Source: Octopus sinensis
Lineage: Eukaryota
Length of the DNA stretch: 64,000 bases
Assembly: GCF_006345805.1 (NCBI RefSeq)
Contig: NC_043004.1
Coordinates: 102,052,001 to 102,116,000, forward strand
Direction: 5' to 3'
Part shown: positions 1 through 13,580 of the stretch, one piece after another
Numbering within the stretch: the stretch's first letter is position 1
Layout: each line of letters starts with the position of its first letter
Made by a program: the position numbers and the translations under genes
Notes under the pieces: model-generated
Databases searched by the model: none
What the model was told of the DNA's origin: nothing
What the model saw: only the letters and a program-made list of their open reading frames with translations

Positions 1-423
1 ATCCGTACTACAGATATATACGGTTTTTTACAAGTGAAGGAGATTTCACAAGCCATTATGATTCGCTCCCAACGCCCAACACCACCACCACCACCACCAC
101 CATTAAAACCTCAAGAAAGATGTCTTTATAAGTCTAGGTAAAGTCAAACATGTTTTCATTGATAAAATCGAATCTTTAGCACGCCAGGTAAAATGCATGT
201 TTGTCAAGACGGACAAAATGCTTATTTTGTCCGTCTTGACGTTCTGAGTTCAAATTCCGCCGAGGTAGACTTTACTTTCATCCTTTCAGGGTCGATGAAG
301 TAAGTACCCGATGAAAACTGGGGTCGAGGTATTCGACTTAACCCCTACCCTGATATCGATTACCTTGTGCCAAAATACGAAAATGTAGTTGACAGCTGAT
401 GCATGCAAAAAGATATGTGTGTG

Positions 424-474
<51 letters not shown>

Positions 475-479
475 ATGTG

Positions 480-511
<32 letters not shown>

Positions 512-1117
512 AGCGTGTGTGAGCGCGTGTATGCACAGGTGTGGTTGTGTGGTAAGAAGCTTGCTTCCCAACTACATGGTTCCGAGTTCAGTCCCACTGC
601 GTGGCACCTTAGGCAAGTATCCTCTACTATAGCCTCGGGCCGACCAAAGCCTTGTCAGTGGATTTGGTAGACGGAAACTGATAGAAGCCCGTCGTATATA
701 TATGCAAGTATGTGTGTGTTTTTATGGCTATGATTGTCCCCTACCATCGCTTGACAACATGTGTTGGTGTGATTACGTCCGTGTAACCTAACGGTTCGGC
801 CAAAGGGCCCGATGGAATAAGTACAAGGCTTAAAAAAAATAATACTAGGGTCGATTCGTTTGACTAAAAATTCTTCAAGGCGGTGCCCCAGCGTGGTCGC
901 AGTCTAATGGCTAAGCAATCTAAGCGAAAGGTAACAGAAAAAACATATATATAGATGTGATGTGTGTATATGTACATATAATTACATGCACACGCACACA
1001 TACGCACACACAGACCCACAGGCTTGGATATACAAACAGGATTAATCACCTAATCACCTATAGGATTGGACATAGCGGGAAAAGTAGCAATGGAGTGAAT
1101 CATACGTGCATACACTC

Positions 1118-1172
<55 letters not shown>

Positions 1173-1600
1173 ATATATATATATGCACACACACATACAC
1201 ATATTTTAGTCTCTCTTTTACTGGTTTCAGTCATTTTGACTGTGACCATGCTGAAGCACCGCCTTTAGTCGAGAAAATCGACACCAGGACTTATTCATTG
1301 TAAGAATAGTACTTATTCTGTCGGTCTCTTATGTCGAACGTAAACACACCAGCATCGGTTGTCAAGCGACGGATTTCTTTCTGTTTCCGTCTACCAAGTC
1401 CACTCAGAAGGCTTTGGTCGGCCCAAAGCTATAGCAGAAGACACTTGCCGATGGTGCCAGTAGGACTGAACCCGGAACCATGAGGCTGGTAAGCAAGGTA
1501 CGTACCTAGGACACAGCCATTCCTGCGCATATATATGTGATGACTCTGCTTGTTTGACGAGCATGACCAATACGATACACACATACGTCACTCAATTATG

Positions 1601-1632
<32 letters not shown>

Positions 1633-1804
1633 TGTGCATGTGTGTGTGTGTGCGTGCGTGCGTGTGTGTGTGTGTGTGCGTGCGTGCGTGTGTGTGCGTG
1701 TGTGTGCGTGTGTGTCAAATCCAGAAATGTTTCGGTTTTTATTAATTATGAAAATAAAACAGGTGTAACGAACAGACAAAGAGACAAGCAAACAGACAGA
1801 CAGA

Positions 1805-2215
<411 letters not shown>

Positions 2216-3180
2216 GAATATACGCTCGCGCTCGCGCACGCATAAACTCTCATAAACACGCCCGCACAGTTAATAGATCACTGGCGTCTTCACAATGTTT
2301 TCTTTCAACGATTTGTTATTACGATTTGTTATTACAGAATATTCTTTCAGATTTTTCTCTCCGCAGATATGTTCTCTGCAGAGACAAGATGTTTTACATC
2401 TGTCTATACATACTATGTAGGCTAAAAGTCTACAGATATTGTTTAATACATACAATGTATATGCATAACATGTATATATACGTATAGGCGCAGGAGTGGC
2501 TGTGTGGTAAGTAGCTTGCTAACCAACCACATGGTTCCGGGTTCAGTCCCACTGCGTGGCATCTTGGGCAAGTGTCTTCTGCTATATATATAGCCTTGTG
2601 AGTGGATTTGGTAGACGGAAACTGAAAGAAGCCTGTCGTATATATGTATATGTGTATATATATATATATGTGTGTGTGTATGCTTGTGTGTCTGTGTTTG
2701 TTCCCCTAGCATTGCTTGACAACCGATGCTGGTGTGTTTACGTCCCCGTCACTTAGCGGTTCGGCAAAAAAGAGACCGATAGAATAAAGTACTGGGCTTA
2801 CAAAGAATAAGTCCCGGGGTCGACTTGCTCGACTAAAGGCGGTGCTCCAGCATGGCCGCAGTCAAATGACTGAAACAAGTAAAAGAGTAAAGAGATATAT
2901 CAGTTCGTACGAGGGGGTGCTGAAAGGCTCCTGGCTTTACGGGTATCACGAAAGGACTGGTTGGTGTCCCACCCTTCCGAGTTCTTTTACAGGGCTTAGA
3001 AAAACTGAAGGACCCCTGCTATAAGTGTGTGAATCTGAGAGGGGAATATGTTGAATAAGATCGTAATTAACTTATCTTCCTGTATTTTCTTTTACCCAAG
3101 CCAGTACCTCGTACAGTATATAAGCATGTGTGTGTATGTATGTATGTATGTATGTATGTATGTATGTATGTATGTATGTA

Positions 3181-3356
3181 CATGAAGCCCAGTTAGAACT
3201 ACAGCCGGCTATTACCAGTGAAGGTTTTAGTTGCCAATTTTGTACAAGACATTGTAGATCTTTTGCTGAGCTAAAAAGTCACATTCGATCACAGCACCGA
3301 TAACAGTTAAGCCTCGTGTAATGGCCAAACTCGATAACGAGGGGGCAGCCATAATA
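3181..3356 (+). mobile_element. 3' end of an RTE-type LINE (C2H2 finger + 3'UTR), copy 1
   Basis: Homologous to copy 2, which translates FSCQFCTRHCRSLAGLKSHIRSQHR*; followed by a short UTR and (ATGT)n tail. Confidence 0.7.
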
Positions 3357-3831
3357 ATGTATGTATGTATGTATGTATGTATGTATGTATGTATGTATGT
3401 ATGTATGTATGTATGTATATATGTATGTATGTATGTATACATGTATATATGTATGTATGTATGTATGTATGTGTGTATGTATGCATGTATGTATGTATAC
3501 ATGTATGTATGTACGTATGTATGTACGTATGTATGTATGTATGTGTGTATGTATGTATGTATGTATGTATGTATATATGTATGTATGTATACATGTATGT
3601 ATGTATGTATGTATGTATGTATGTGTGTATGTATGCATGTATGTATGTATACATGTATGTATGTACGTATGTATGTACGTATGTATGTATGTATGTGTGT
3701 GTATGTATATATGTATGTATGTATGTATGTATGTGTGTATGTATGTATGTATGTATGCATGTATGTATGTATACATGTATGTATGTATACATGTATGTAT
3801 GTATGTATGTATGTATGTATGTATGTATGTA

Positions 3832-3862
<31 letters not shown>

Positions 3863-3891
3863 ATGTATGTATGTATGTATGTATGTATGTA

Positions 3892-4067
3892 CATGAAGCC
3901 CAGTTACAGCTACAGCCGGCTATTACCAGTAAAGGTTTTAGTTGCCAATTTTGTACAAGACATTGTAGATCTTTAGCTGGGCTAAAAAGTCACATTCGAT
4001 CACAGCACCGATAACAGTTAAGCTTCGTGCAATAGCCATACTCGATAACGAGGAGGCAGCCATAATA
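3892..4067 (+). mobile_element. 3' end of an RTE-type LINE, copy 2 (tandem with copy 1)
   Basis: EAQLQLQPAITSKGFSCQFCTRHCRSLAGLKSHIRSQHR*; same 5' truncation point CATGAAGCCCAG as copy 1. Confidence 0.72.
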
Positions 4068-5330
4068 ATGTATGTATGTATGTATGTATGTATGTATGTA
4101 TGTATGTACGTATGTATGTAAGTGTGAACGTATGATGAACCTAGGCAAAGTAATTTTAGTTCAATTACACGAGTTAATTACTGGGAGTGCACAACGAATC
4201 AACGGGTAGTCGGTGCTAAGAATATCTGTCTATATCAATTAAACAAATGAGAATACTGAACCTTAAATATACCAACATACACGGGAAGCGAGGGAATCTT
4301 TCGTAGTTTGTCCGGTTTTGCGTGGATGCACGACATTATACGTGAGTCACGCTGTTATTATTGTCTGTCTGTGTCCTAATAGGGTCCCGCTATATCCCAG
4401 TTATTAGAGGTCAATAAAATAATTACCTATTTCTTTACTACCCACAAGGGGCTAAACACAGAGAGGACAAACAAGGACAGACAAGCGGATTAAGTCGATT
4501 ACATCGACTCCAGTGCGTAGCTGGTACTTAATTTATCGACCCCAAAAGGATGAAAGGCAAAGTCGACCTCGGCGGAATTTGAACTCAGAACGTAACGGCA
4601 GACGAAATACCTATTTCTTTACTACCCACAAGGGGCTAAACACAGAGGGGACAAACAAGGACAGACAAACGGATTAAGTCGATTACATCGACTCCAGTGC
4701 GTAACTGGTACTTAATTTATCGACCCCGAAAGGATAAAAGGCAAAGTCGATCTCGGCGGAATTTGAACTCAGAACGTAACGGCAGACGAAATACCGCTAA
4801 GTATTTCCCCCGGCGCGCTAATGCTTCTGCCAGCTCGCCGCCTAAATATCGACACCAGTGAGTAACTGGTACTTATTTAATCGACCCCGAAAGGATGAAA
4901 GGCAAAGTGGACCTACCAAAACGAAATATATGCTGCAGTGAATCTCATCGTAAAGTCAGTGCCCCAGAATGACCCTAGGCCATTGACTGAAGCCAATAAA
5001 GAAATTACACACACACACACACACACATAGGTATGGTAAGAAGCTTGTTCCCCAACCACATGGTTCCGGGTTCAATCCCACTAGTGGATTTTGTAGACAG
5101 AAACTGAGGGAAACCCTTCGTAGATGTGTGTGTATATGTACATATATGTGTCTGTGAATAATTATGTCTGTGTACATGTATTAGTCCCCCACTACTGCTT
5201 GACAGCCGGTGTTGGTGTGCTTACATCATCGTAGCATAGCAGTTTGGCTAAAGAGACCAATAGTATAAGTATCAGACTTTTTTTTTAAAACTAGGCAGTG
5301 CCCTAGTATGGCCGCAGTCTCATGACTGAA

Positions 5331-5395
<65 letters not shown>

Positions 5396-5453
5396 CAGAT
5401 AATGCACATAGATAGATAGACAGACAGATAGACAGATAGACAGATAGACAGAC

Positions 5454-5504
<51 letters not shown>

Positions 5505-8194
5505 GATAGATAGATAGACACAAACATGACTGTGTGGTTAATAGGCTCGTTTTGCATCCACTTGCTTTCGAGTTCAGTTCCACTGTGTGTTACCTTTGTG
5601 CCATAACCCTGGGACGACCAAAGCTTCGAGCGTGAATTTGGGAGACGGAAACTGTTTACAAGCCGTCGTATGTGTATGTGCATGAGCGTGTATGTGCACG
5701 GGTGCGTGTGTGTACGGGTGCGTGTGTATGCGTGTGCGCGTGGTATGTGTGTGTATATTCATGTTTGGGTACTACACACACACATACACACACACACCGC
5801 TTAGTTTGTTTACGTTCCCGTAACAGCGATTCGGCATTAAGAGAGTGATTGAAATAAGTACCCGATTTAAAATAGGACTACATTATCCAACGGAGGCAGG
5901 GTGCGATCTGAGGGTATTCGTGAGTTGATATGCACATAGATATGCTTCTGTTTACTTTCGTGAGTGTTTGGTGTTCGAGTCCGTGTATAACTGAATTCGC
6001 ATACCTGCTTGTGCACATATTTTCATGCTCCGTTTTGCGCAATCACACACATACGTACACGTATCGCACACGCAGAGTAAAAATATAGGAATGATAAACT
6101 CCAAAATTTCCCCCTAACTTCTTGAAAAATGGAGAAAGAACACGTGGAATATTATTGTTCTAAATACAATATACTGGGAATAAAATATAAGATAAAAACA
6201 ACTGAAATATCAACTTGATCAAAGCACCACCGACATCAATATCTCTTTCTTTATTGCCCACAAGGGGCTAAACACAGAGGGGACAAACAAGGACAGACAA
6301 ATGGATTAAGTCGATTATATCGACCCCAGTGCGTAACTGGTACTTAATTTATCGACCCCGAAAGGATGAAAGGCAAAGTCGACCTCGGCGGAATTTGAAC
6401 TCAGAACGCAATGACAGACGCAATACCTATTTCTTTACTACCCACAAGGGGCTAAACACAGCGAGGACAAACAAGGACAGACAAACGGATTAAGTCGATT
6501 ACATCGACCCCAGTGCGTAACTGGTACTTAATTTATCGACCCCGAAAGGATGAAAGGCAAAGTCGACCTCGGCGGAATTTGAACTCAGAACGCAACGACA
6601 GACGCAATACCGCTAAGCATTTCGCCCGGCGTGCTAACGTTTCTGCCAGCTCCCTTACAAGCCAACAGGACCGCTGAAGCAGTAACTTTGCGACCCCATA
6701 AGCTGGAAATAGCAACTAAGTTCCTCATTTGATACTTTACCCTCTTAAAAATAGAAAGGGCACAATGACTAATGTTATCATCTCGAAGTTGCTCAACCAA
6801 GCCAATCCAGCGCAAAACGATGACGATGACAGCGAGGACCATAACAACAACGTTACTATCATAAGCTAACGAGGGAATGTTTTAATTATTACTCGATCAG
6901 CTAGAGATAGCAGTCAAATTTTAAACAAATCAAGAACTATTATCTTTAAACAAAAATATGGATATTACATAATATCTAAAAAGAAAGACAGAATTCTACT
7001 TTAACCCCTCGTAATTTTTTTTTTTAAGGAATTAGGCGCCGGAGTGGCTGTGTGGTAAGTAGCTTACCACATGGTTCCGGGTTCATTCCCACTGCGTGGC
7101 ACCTTGGGCAAATGTCTTCTACTATAGTCTCGAGCCGACCAAAGCCGTGTAAGTCGATTTGGTAGACGGAAACTGAAAGAAGCCTGTCGAATATATGTAT
7201 ATCTATATATATATGTATGTGTGTGTGTGTTTGTGTGTCTGTGTTTGTCCCCTCAAAATCACTTGACAACCGGATGCTGGTGTGTTTACGTCTCTGTAAC
7301 TTAGCGGTTCGGCAAAAGAGACCGATAGAATAAGTACTAGGCTTACAAGGAATAAGTCCTGGGCTCGATTTGCTCGACTAAAGGCGGTGCTCCAGCATGG
7401 CCGCAATCAAATGACTGAAACAATTAAAAGAGTAAAGCGTAATGCTTCTGAATAATCATGATTTCCGTGTATAAAACTCAAATTTGCAAAAAAACAATTC
7501 AGAAAATTCCCAAAACTCAAAAAGTTATGAGGGGTTATTTGGCATGCTTAATGAAGAATTCTGCCAAAAGAAAAAGGGAAAAAACGAGGATGACCACATC
7601 AGTGATGCTTTTAATTTTTGGTCTGCTGCAGCAGACCTGAGGCTAAACGACAATAACAACAACATTCGAATCTGTGTTGTTAGATATGGTAACGGAATCG
7701 CCTTTAAATCACAACATAGTCTTGGAAAGAGACAGGGTATATATAGTCTCGGATGTGTCTGGAAAAAAATACCAAAACAAGAAAAGGTACACTCGATAAT
7801 GTAGTTCTAAATACACCATGTATAATATTGGAATTTGTCATGCTTCCGCCCGTGATGGCCACGGATGGAACGCATTTGATCATAAAAATTGAGCTGGGTT
7901 CAGGGATGACCAGGGACGGAATGATAGCAACAATGACAACAGTGTGAATCAACGTGTGAGCCTCTGTGCCAGCTAGATTTCGTAGAAATAGCAGTCAAAT
8001 CTCCCGTAAGGCACACTTAAGCGGCCTTTATAAGGATTGATACATTAAAAAATATAGTCATGCATACAGTTAAATAGAAAGAAACTGGATGGCCATCGCT
8101 GGAATGTCTTTGATTGTTAGTCTGCTGGATCAGGAGTGGCCAGGATTAAACAATAACTAGAATAGAACTCGATATTTTGTGTAAGTTTACTTAC

Positions 8195-8578
8195 CGAAAA
8201 GTAAGGTTTTCCATCTTTTACGCCGCCAATTATAATATCGGAGTTTCTCATGCTACCGTCCGGCGATAAACCGAACCCAACGTATCCTGTGGAATTCACC
8301 CGAACTTGAAACTGGATCGAACATTTATTAAACTTCCACGACAAACGGTACTTTTCGTAAGGATCCAGAAATAAGCTATGGAAATATTTTGTAGCGGTGG
8401 TGGTGGTGGTGATACTGGCCCCGTTGTGGACATTGTAGTTGGTGTTTGTCGTAGTGGCGATGGTAATGCTGGTGGAGCTGGTAGTGCTGCTAATGGTACC
8501 GCACAGAGAGGCAAGAATTAGTAGTAACAGCAACAAGTGCTTAGTTTGTTCGACAAAATCCATTAATTTACTTGCCAT
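8195..8578 (-). CDS. MOXD1: First coding exon of a DBH-like monooxygenase (MOXD1-like, copper type II ascorbate-dependent monooxygenase family): signal peptide, Thr-rich linker, N-terminal part of DOMON domain
   Basis: ATG at 8578-8576. Translation: MASKLMDFVEQTKHLLLLLLILASLCGTISS (hydrophobic signal) - T-rich - YFHSLFLDPYEKYRLSWKF...FQVRVNSTGYVGFGLSPDGSMRNSDIIIGGVKDGKPYFS, matching the MOXD1 DOMON motif GYVGFG(F/L)SPxGxMxxxDIV(V/I)GGV. It is followed immediately by a canonical GTAAGT donor (8194-8189) in phase 0 (384 nt = 128 codons). The symbol is by family resemblance; orthology versus paralogy is not established. Confidence 0.9.
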
Positions 8579-8629
8579 GCTTGACAACTACAGCATCTAA
8601 ACTAACAGCTTCCTAACCGATATAGAATC

Positions 8630-8890
8630 AACTTACCTCCCTGCCCATTCACTCAACCACCTTTTTTCTCCTTAAACCCCCCTCCCCCATTCCACACCTA
8701 CCAATTCTCACTTTCACTTACGAGCGCACGCGCACACACAATCTCTCTCTCTCTCCCTCTCTCTCTCACTCTCACTCTCTCTCTTTCTCGCTCACTCACT
8801 CCATCCCTCTTCTCTGTCTATCTGTCTATCTTATCTATTAGTTTCTCTATCACTTTCGTCTATCCGCCACTTTCTCTGTTTGTGTATTCA
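8630..8890 (-). promoter_or_regulatory. Putative 5'UTR/proximal promoter of the MOXD1-like gene with GA-rich tract
   Basis: Non-transposon, purine-rich (minus strand) sequence with (GA)n immediately upstream of the ATG. Position only; no TSS evidence. Confidence 0.3.
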
Positions 8891-8908
8891 TACATATACA
8901 TACATACA

Positions 8909-8944
<36 letters not shown>

Positions 8945-8951
8945 TATATAT

Positions 8952-9020
<69 letters not shown>

Positions 9021-9429
9021 TATAAGTACATTAAAAGGCCTCTAAAAGAAGAAGCAAGTACTAGATACACAAACATATATATTATATATATTTGGAAGTG
9101 TGCGTGTATATTTAAATGTCTGCGTATGGGTGAGTAGGGGAATGATGTATGTGTATACGTGTTTATAAATATTCCTACAATGCGTATATAAATGTGCGAA
9201 TGAGTGTGTATGTGTATGCGTGCCTGTATGATTATAGGTATACAGAAATATGTCTTCATCGCAATCTCTAATTTGACTTTTTAATATTGCCTCTTTCACT
9301 GTAGCCTCACCCTGTTTTTTTCTCCCTCCTTTCTTCCTTCTCTTTTCCTCTCTTTTTCTTTACATACATATACGTGTGGTGTGTGTGTGTGTACACTATG
9401 CATATATATATGTATATATATATATGTAT

Positions 9430-9508
<79 letters not shown>

Positions 9509-9909
9509 AGCTTGTAAGTATGGCTGTGTGGTAAAGAAGCTTGCTTCCCAACCACATGGATCCGGATTCAGTCCCACTGCGTGGCACCTTGGGCAAGTAT
9601 CTTTTACTATAGCCTCGAGTCGACTAAAGCCTTGTGAGTAGATTTGGTAGACGGAAACTGAGAGAAGCCTATCGTATATATATATGTATATGTTACTTTA
9701 TTGCCCACAAGGGGCTAAACACAGAGGGGACAAACAAAGACCGACAAAGGGATTAAGTCGATTACATCGACCCCAGTGCGTAACTGGTACTTAATTTATC
9801 GACCCCGAAAGGGTGAAAGGCAAAGTCGACCTCGGCGGAATTTGAACTCAGAACGTAACGGCAGGCGAAATACGGCTACGCATTTCGCCCAGCCGTATAT
9901 CGTCTGCCG

Positions 9910-9979
<70 letters not shown>

Positions 9980-11154
9980 GTTTGTATTTCTGTTTGTCAC
10001 CCCCCACCATCGCTTGACAAGCGATGTTGGTGTATTTACGTCCATGTTGTCTAGTGGTTCGACGAAAGCGACCGATAGAATAAGTACTAGGCTTGCAAAG
10101 AATAAGTCTTGGGGTGGACTCGTTCGACTAAAGGTGGTGCTCCAGTATGGCCGCAGTCAAATAAAACAAGTAAAAGAATAAATAAATATATATATATAAA
10201 TGTGCATGTCTTTGTGTTTAGCTTTATCTCCACAACCGATTGACAACCGGTGTTAGTGCGTTTACGTCCTCGTAAATTAGCGGTTGGACAGAAGAGAACT
10301 AGGCTTTATAAATAAGTACTGGAGTCGATTTGTACGACTAAAAGCTTTCAAGCATGACCGCAGTCAAACCACCAAAACAAGTAAAATGGGATTGAACCTA
10401 AGACCACAAATTTGGAAAGCAAACTTGAACCGTGCAGTCACGCTTGTGCTTTTATACAGATGTGTGTGTGTGTGTGTGTGTGTGTACGCACGCATGTGTG
10501 TGTATAAGGAGCAAATAATTCAGCAGAAAATATTTGCGAAGATATTATTCACTGTATTATTATCTAGGGTAATATAATTAAATTGATAATGACAGAATTA
10601 ATAATATAGGCGATTGCAAACCCCAAAAAAGCATTAAATAGCTGAAGGATTAAAATTTATATCAATCAAAGGACATATTGATTATGTCTACCTGCTGGAA
10701 ATATCCGTGAAAACTCTTATTTAAACCACGGCAATTGCCTATATTATTAATTCTGTTGTCATCAATTTAATTTTATTACCCTAGATAATAATAGAATGAA
10801 TAATATTCTCGCAAATATTTTCTACTGAATATTTGCTCCTTATTGGAATCATTTTCACATTATGATTTAGCGCGAAGCAAATCAGTGAAGTGCAGACTTC
10901 AAGTGACGGGTTGGGGGTTTCTTCATCGTGGTAACACGTGCTGAGAAAGATGAGGCTATAATGCCAGTCCAGAAAGTGGTCCACGTGAGTCCAAATACTA
11001 GAAAATATATAGCCGGATGCTGCTATATAGGTTTGTTAAATGTTTTTCTTGACTCGTTTGCTCGCAGACAGTTGATTTCCGTAGTTATTATCAATGTTAT
11101 TTCGGCGATTTAATGTTATTTTCCTTTGATTTATATATATATATAAACATGCAT

Positions 11155-11518
11155 ACACGAAGGGTGTTGAAAAGTTCCTAGTTTTAAGGGTATTGCGAAA
11201 GGCCTGGCTGGAGAGCCAAACTTCCATGTTCTTTTACAGACCTTAGAAAAACTGAAGGACCGCTGCAATAAGTATGTGAATCTGATAGGGGAATATTAAA
11301 AATAAAATCACCATTTTTGTCAGTGAACAGGTCGCGGTCTTAAAGCGACGAAAATATTTTGACAAATTAAACTTAAATGTTGAAGTGAATCGAACGGCTT
11401 TTGTGTGTTTCTTAAATGGCTTACAAACACCTTCCACGCTGCAATTGTTGTCACCATTAACTGATTCTCTTGTATTTTCTTTTACCCAACGCCAGAAACT
11501 TTGCAGCACACCCTCGTA
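11155..11518. mobile_element. Mariner-type MITE; related partial copies at 2927-3112 and 15470-15626
   Basis: TIR-like ends CACGAAGGGTGTTGAAAAGTTCC / GAAACTTTGCAGCACACCCTCGTA; shared internal sequence among the three copies. Confidence 0.75.
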
Positions 11519-11869
11519 TAAATGTGTGTATAAATGTGCGTGCGCGCGCTTCAGATTTGAGCCTCAAGGCCAGCAGTTTTAAAAGATGAGGGTAATCAGT
11601 TATATCGATCCCAGGACTTTTATCGATCCCGGAAGAATGAAAAGCAAAAATTGTCCACGCGGGAATTTGAGCGCAGTACGTAAAATGCCGAAGCAGATAC
11701 AGCAAGGCATTTTGTCCGATGCTGTAAGGCATATATGTGTTGCTCTTTCTCTGTTCACTCTCTCCATCTCTCTTTAACTCTCCCTCTCTCCCTCTCTCCC
11801 TCTCTCCCTCTCTCTCTCTCTCTCTCTCGGTCTCTATGCACATATATATGTGTGTTTGTGTGCATACTC

Positions 11870-12050
11870 GGAGTGTATGTGTGTGTTTCTCTCCTTGTTT
11901 CCTTCTGTGTTCCTTTCTGTGGAAGTGCATAGGCTCGAAACGTAAAAGACTTTCACACTTCCCGAGCGTTATACTAATACATCTGTTTGTTGTCTACACC
12001 ATCTGTCTTCGTCTTTTGTTGTTTTTTTTTGTGAATTCTCCCTCTATATA
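11870..12050 (+). mobile_element. PLE-associated terminal repeat fragment with variant hammerhead motif (11912-11949)
   Basis: CCTTT-CTGTGGA-A-GTGCATAGGCTC-GAAA-CGTA-AAAGA. The same family recurs at 38150-38345. Confidence 0.6.
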
Positions 12051-12094
12051 TACATATATATATATAGGAAAAAAACAACAAGAATGGATTAAAA

Positions 12095-12183
12095 TCTCGG
12101 TACAATTGTTTCGTACGAGGACATCTTTAATAAGCTACAAAAAAATGCAGTAAATACAGATGGCTCGTACTCGTCAGCCGAAA
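12095..12183 (-). ncRNA. Type I hammerhead ribozyme, intact core
   Basis: Minus strand reads UUUCGG-CUGACGA-GUACGAG...CUCGUAC-GAAA-CAAUUG-UA^CCGAGA. Stem I is 6 bp (UUUCGG/CCGAGA), stem II is a perfect 7 bp, helix III is the palindrome ACAAUUGU, and the cleavage triplet is GUA. Predicted cut between 12101 and 12100. Confidence 0.88.
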
Positions 12184-12777
12184 AAACATCAGAGAATTCC
12201 CAAACATCAAAAGAGGTAGATACAAATGAGGGTGTAAGATTAACTGCATTGAAGAAAGTTCGATTCCTGGAGATCCGGTGAAAGGTCTTAAACTTACAGA
12301 ATTTGTGCACGTCTATATATAGCTCATATTGAATTGTTAATTAAGTTATGTGAAGAAATTTCGGATACAGTCATGCGAAATTTCTGAAAATCCGAGTAAG
12401 AAGCAAAGTGACTGTCATATCGTGTAGAGGAAAATCTGAGTAAGAAGCAAAGTGACTGTCATATCGCGTAGAGGAACAGATTGTTATTGTAATTTACAAG
12501 AATTCTTGTAAATTACAATAACAATCTGTTCCTATACACGATATGACAGTCACTTTGCTTCTTACTCGGATTTTCAGAAATTTCGCATGACTGTATCCGA
12601 AATTTCTTCACATAACTTGATTAGCAATTCAATATGAGCTATATATAGACATGCACAAATTCTGTAAGTTTAAGACCTTTCATCGGATCTCCAGGAATCG
12701 AACTTTCTTCAATGCAGTTAATCTTACACTCTCATTTGTATCTACCCCTTTTGATGTTTGGGAATTCTCTGATGTTT

Positions 12778-12865
12778 TTTCGGCTGACGAGTACGAGCCA
12801 TCTGTATTTACTGCATTTTTTGTAGCTTATTACAGATGTCCTCGTACGAAACAATTGTACCAAGA
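12778..12865 (+). ncRNA. Type I hammerhead ribozyme (mirror copy)
   Basis: CTGACGA at 12784-12790; stem II GTACGAG/CTCGTAC (12791-97/12841-47), extended by CATCTGTA/TACAGATG; GAAA 12848-51; CAATTG; TA^ at 12858-59. Stem I has one mismatch (CCAAG vs CCGAG). Confidence 0.85.
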
Positions 12866-13065
12866 TTTTAATCCATTCTTGTTGCTTTTTTCCTATTTGT
12901 AATCACCCCACTTATCGTATGGTTAACACCATATAGATTTCCGGTGCATCCTAGTTAAGGACCATATTCATGTGAATTCATTAGAATTCACTTGAATCTC
13001 AATTACTTAAACCGATTATAATATATATATATATTATATATATATATATATATTATATATATATA

Positions 13066-13109
<44 letters not shown>

Positions 13110-13139
13110 ATATACACTCCTGTGTGAGTATGTGTGTAT

Positions 13140-13580
13140 GCATGTATATATAACATTATTCAGTTTTATTTCACGATTTCTTGCCAATAGAGAAAGAATC
13201 GGTTTCCAACCTTGATCCAAACCTCCTTTACTGGAATTTCAACATGAACAACAGGGTATTTTTGTATGTTTGTATAAATGTATGTATACGTGTTGATTTT
13301 TATCTTTTGCCTTATGTATATCTTTTCATGTATATATTTGCATATCTAGACATGCTCGTATATACTAAAATGATAAACTTCTGGAAAGTTTTATGCATGT
13401 ATGTATATAAATATAAAAATGAAACAAAAACGCAATAGAGGGCATTAAAACATTCAGACAGATAAACGACACAAAGGCGGACAAGAGAAACAACAATTAG
13501 AAGGACAGGCAAAAAAGACGGGTCATTCTTGGCTTTCTTTCTTCAGTCAAGTACCAGAAATCACGACCATTTCGGACTGT
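13140..13580. mobile_element. Non-coding dispersed repeat, probably PLE-associated
   Basis: Lies between the palindrome and the PLE RT fragment. Architecture resembles the other PLE-type repeats here; no coding signal. Confidence 0.35.

Larger units (their letters stand above)
12064..12896. repeat. ~830-bp spacer-less palindrome centred on GAATTC (12500-12505); inverted PLE terminal-repeat-like structure
   Basis: ATAGGAAAAAAACAACAAGAATGG (12064) mirrors CCATTCTTGTTGCTTTTTTCCTAT (12896). The arms match nearly throughout. The left arm has an extra ~45-bp tandem duplication (12388-12474). One hammerhead lies near each outer end. Confidence 0.95.

Noticed and set aside
4428-6652. CRISPR-like repeat/spacer array
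   Set aside because: The repeats are ~190-bp SINE units without unique spacers, there are no cas genes, and the context is eukaryotic.
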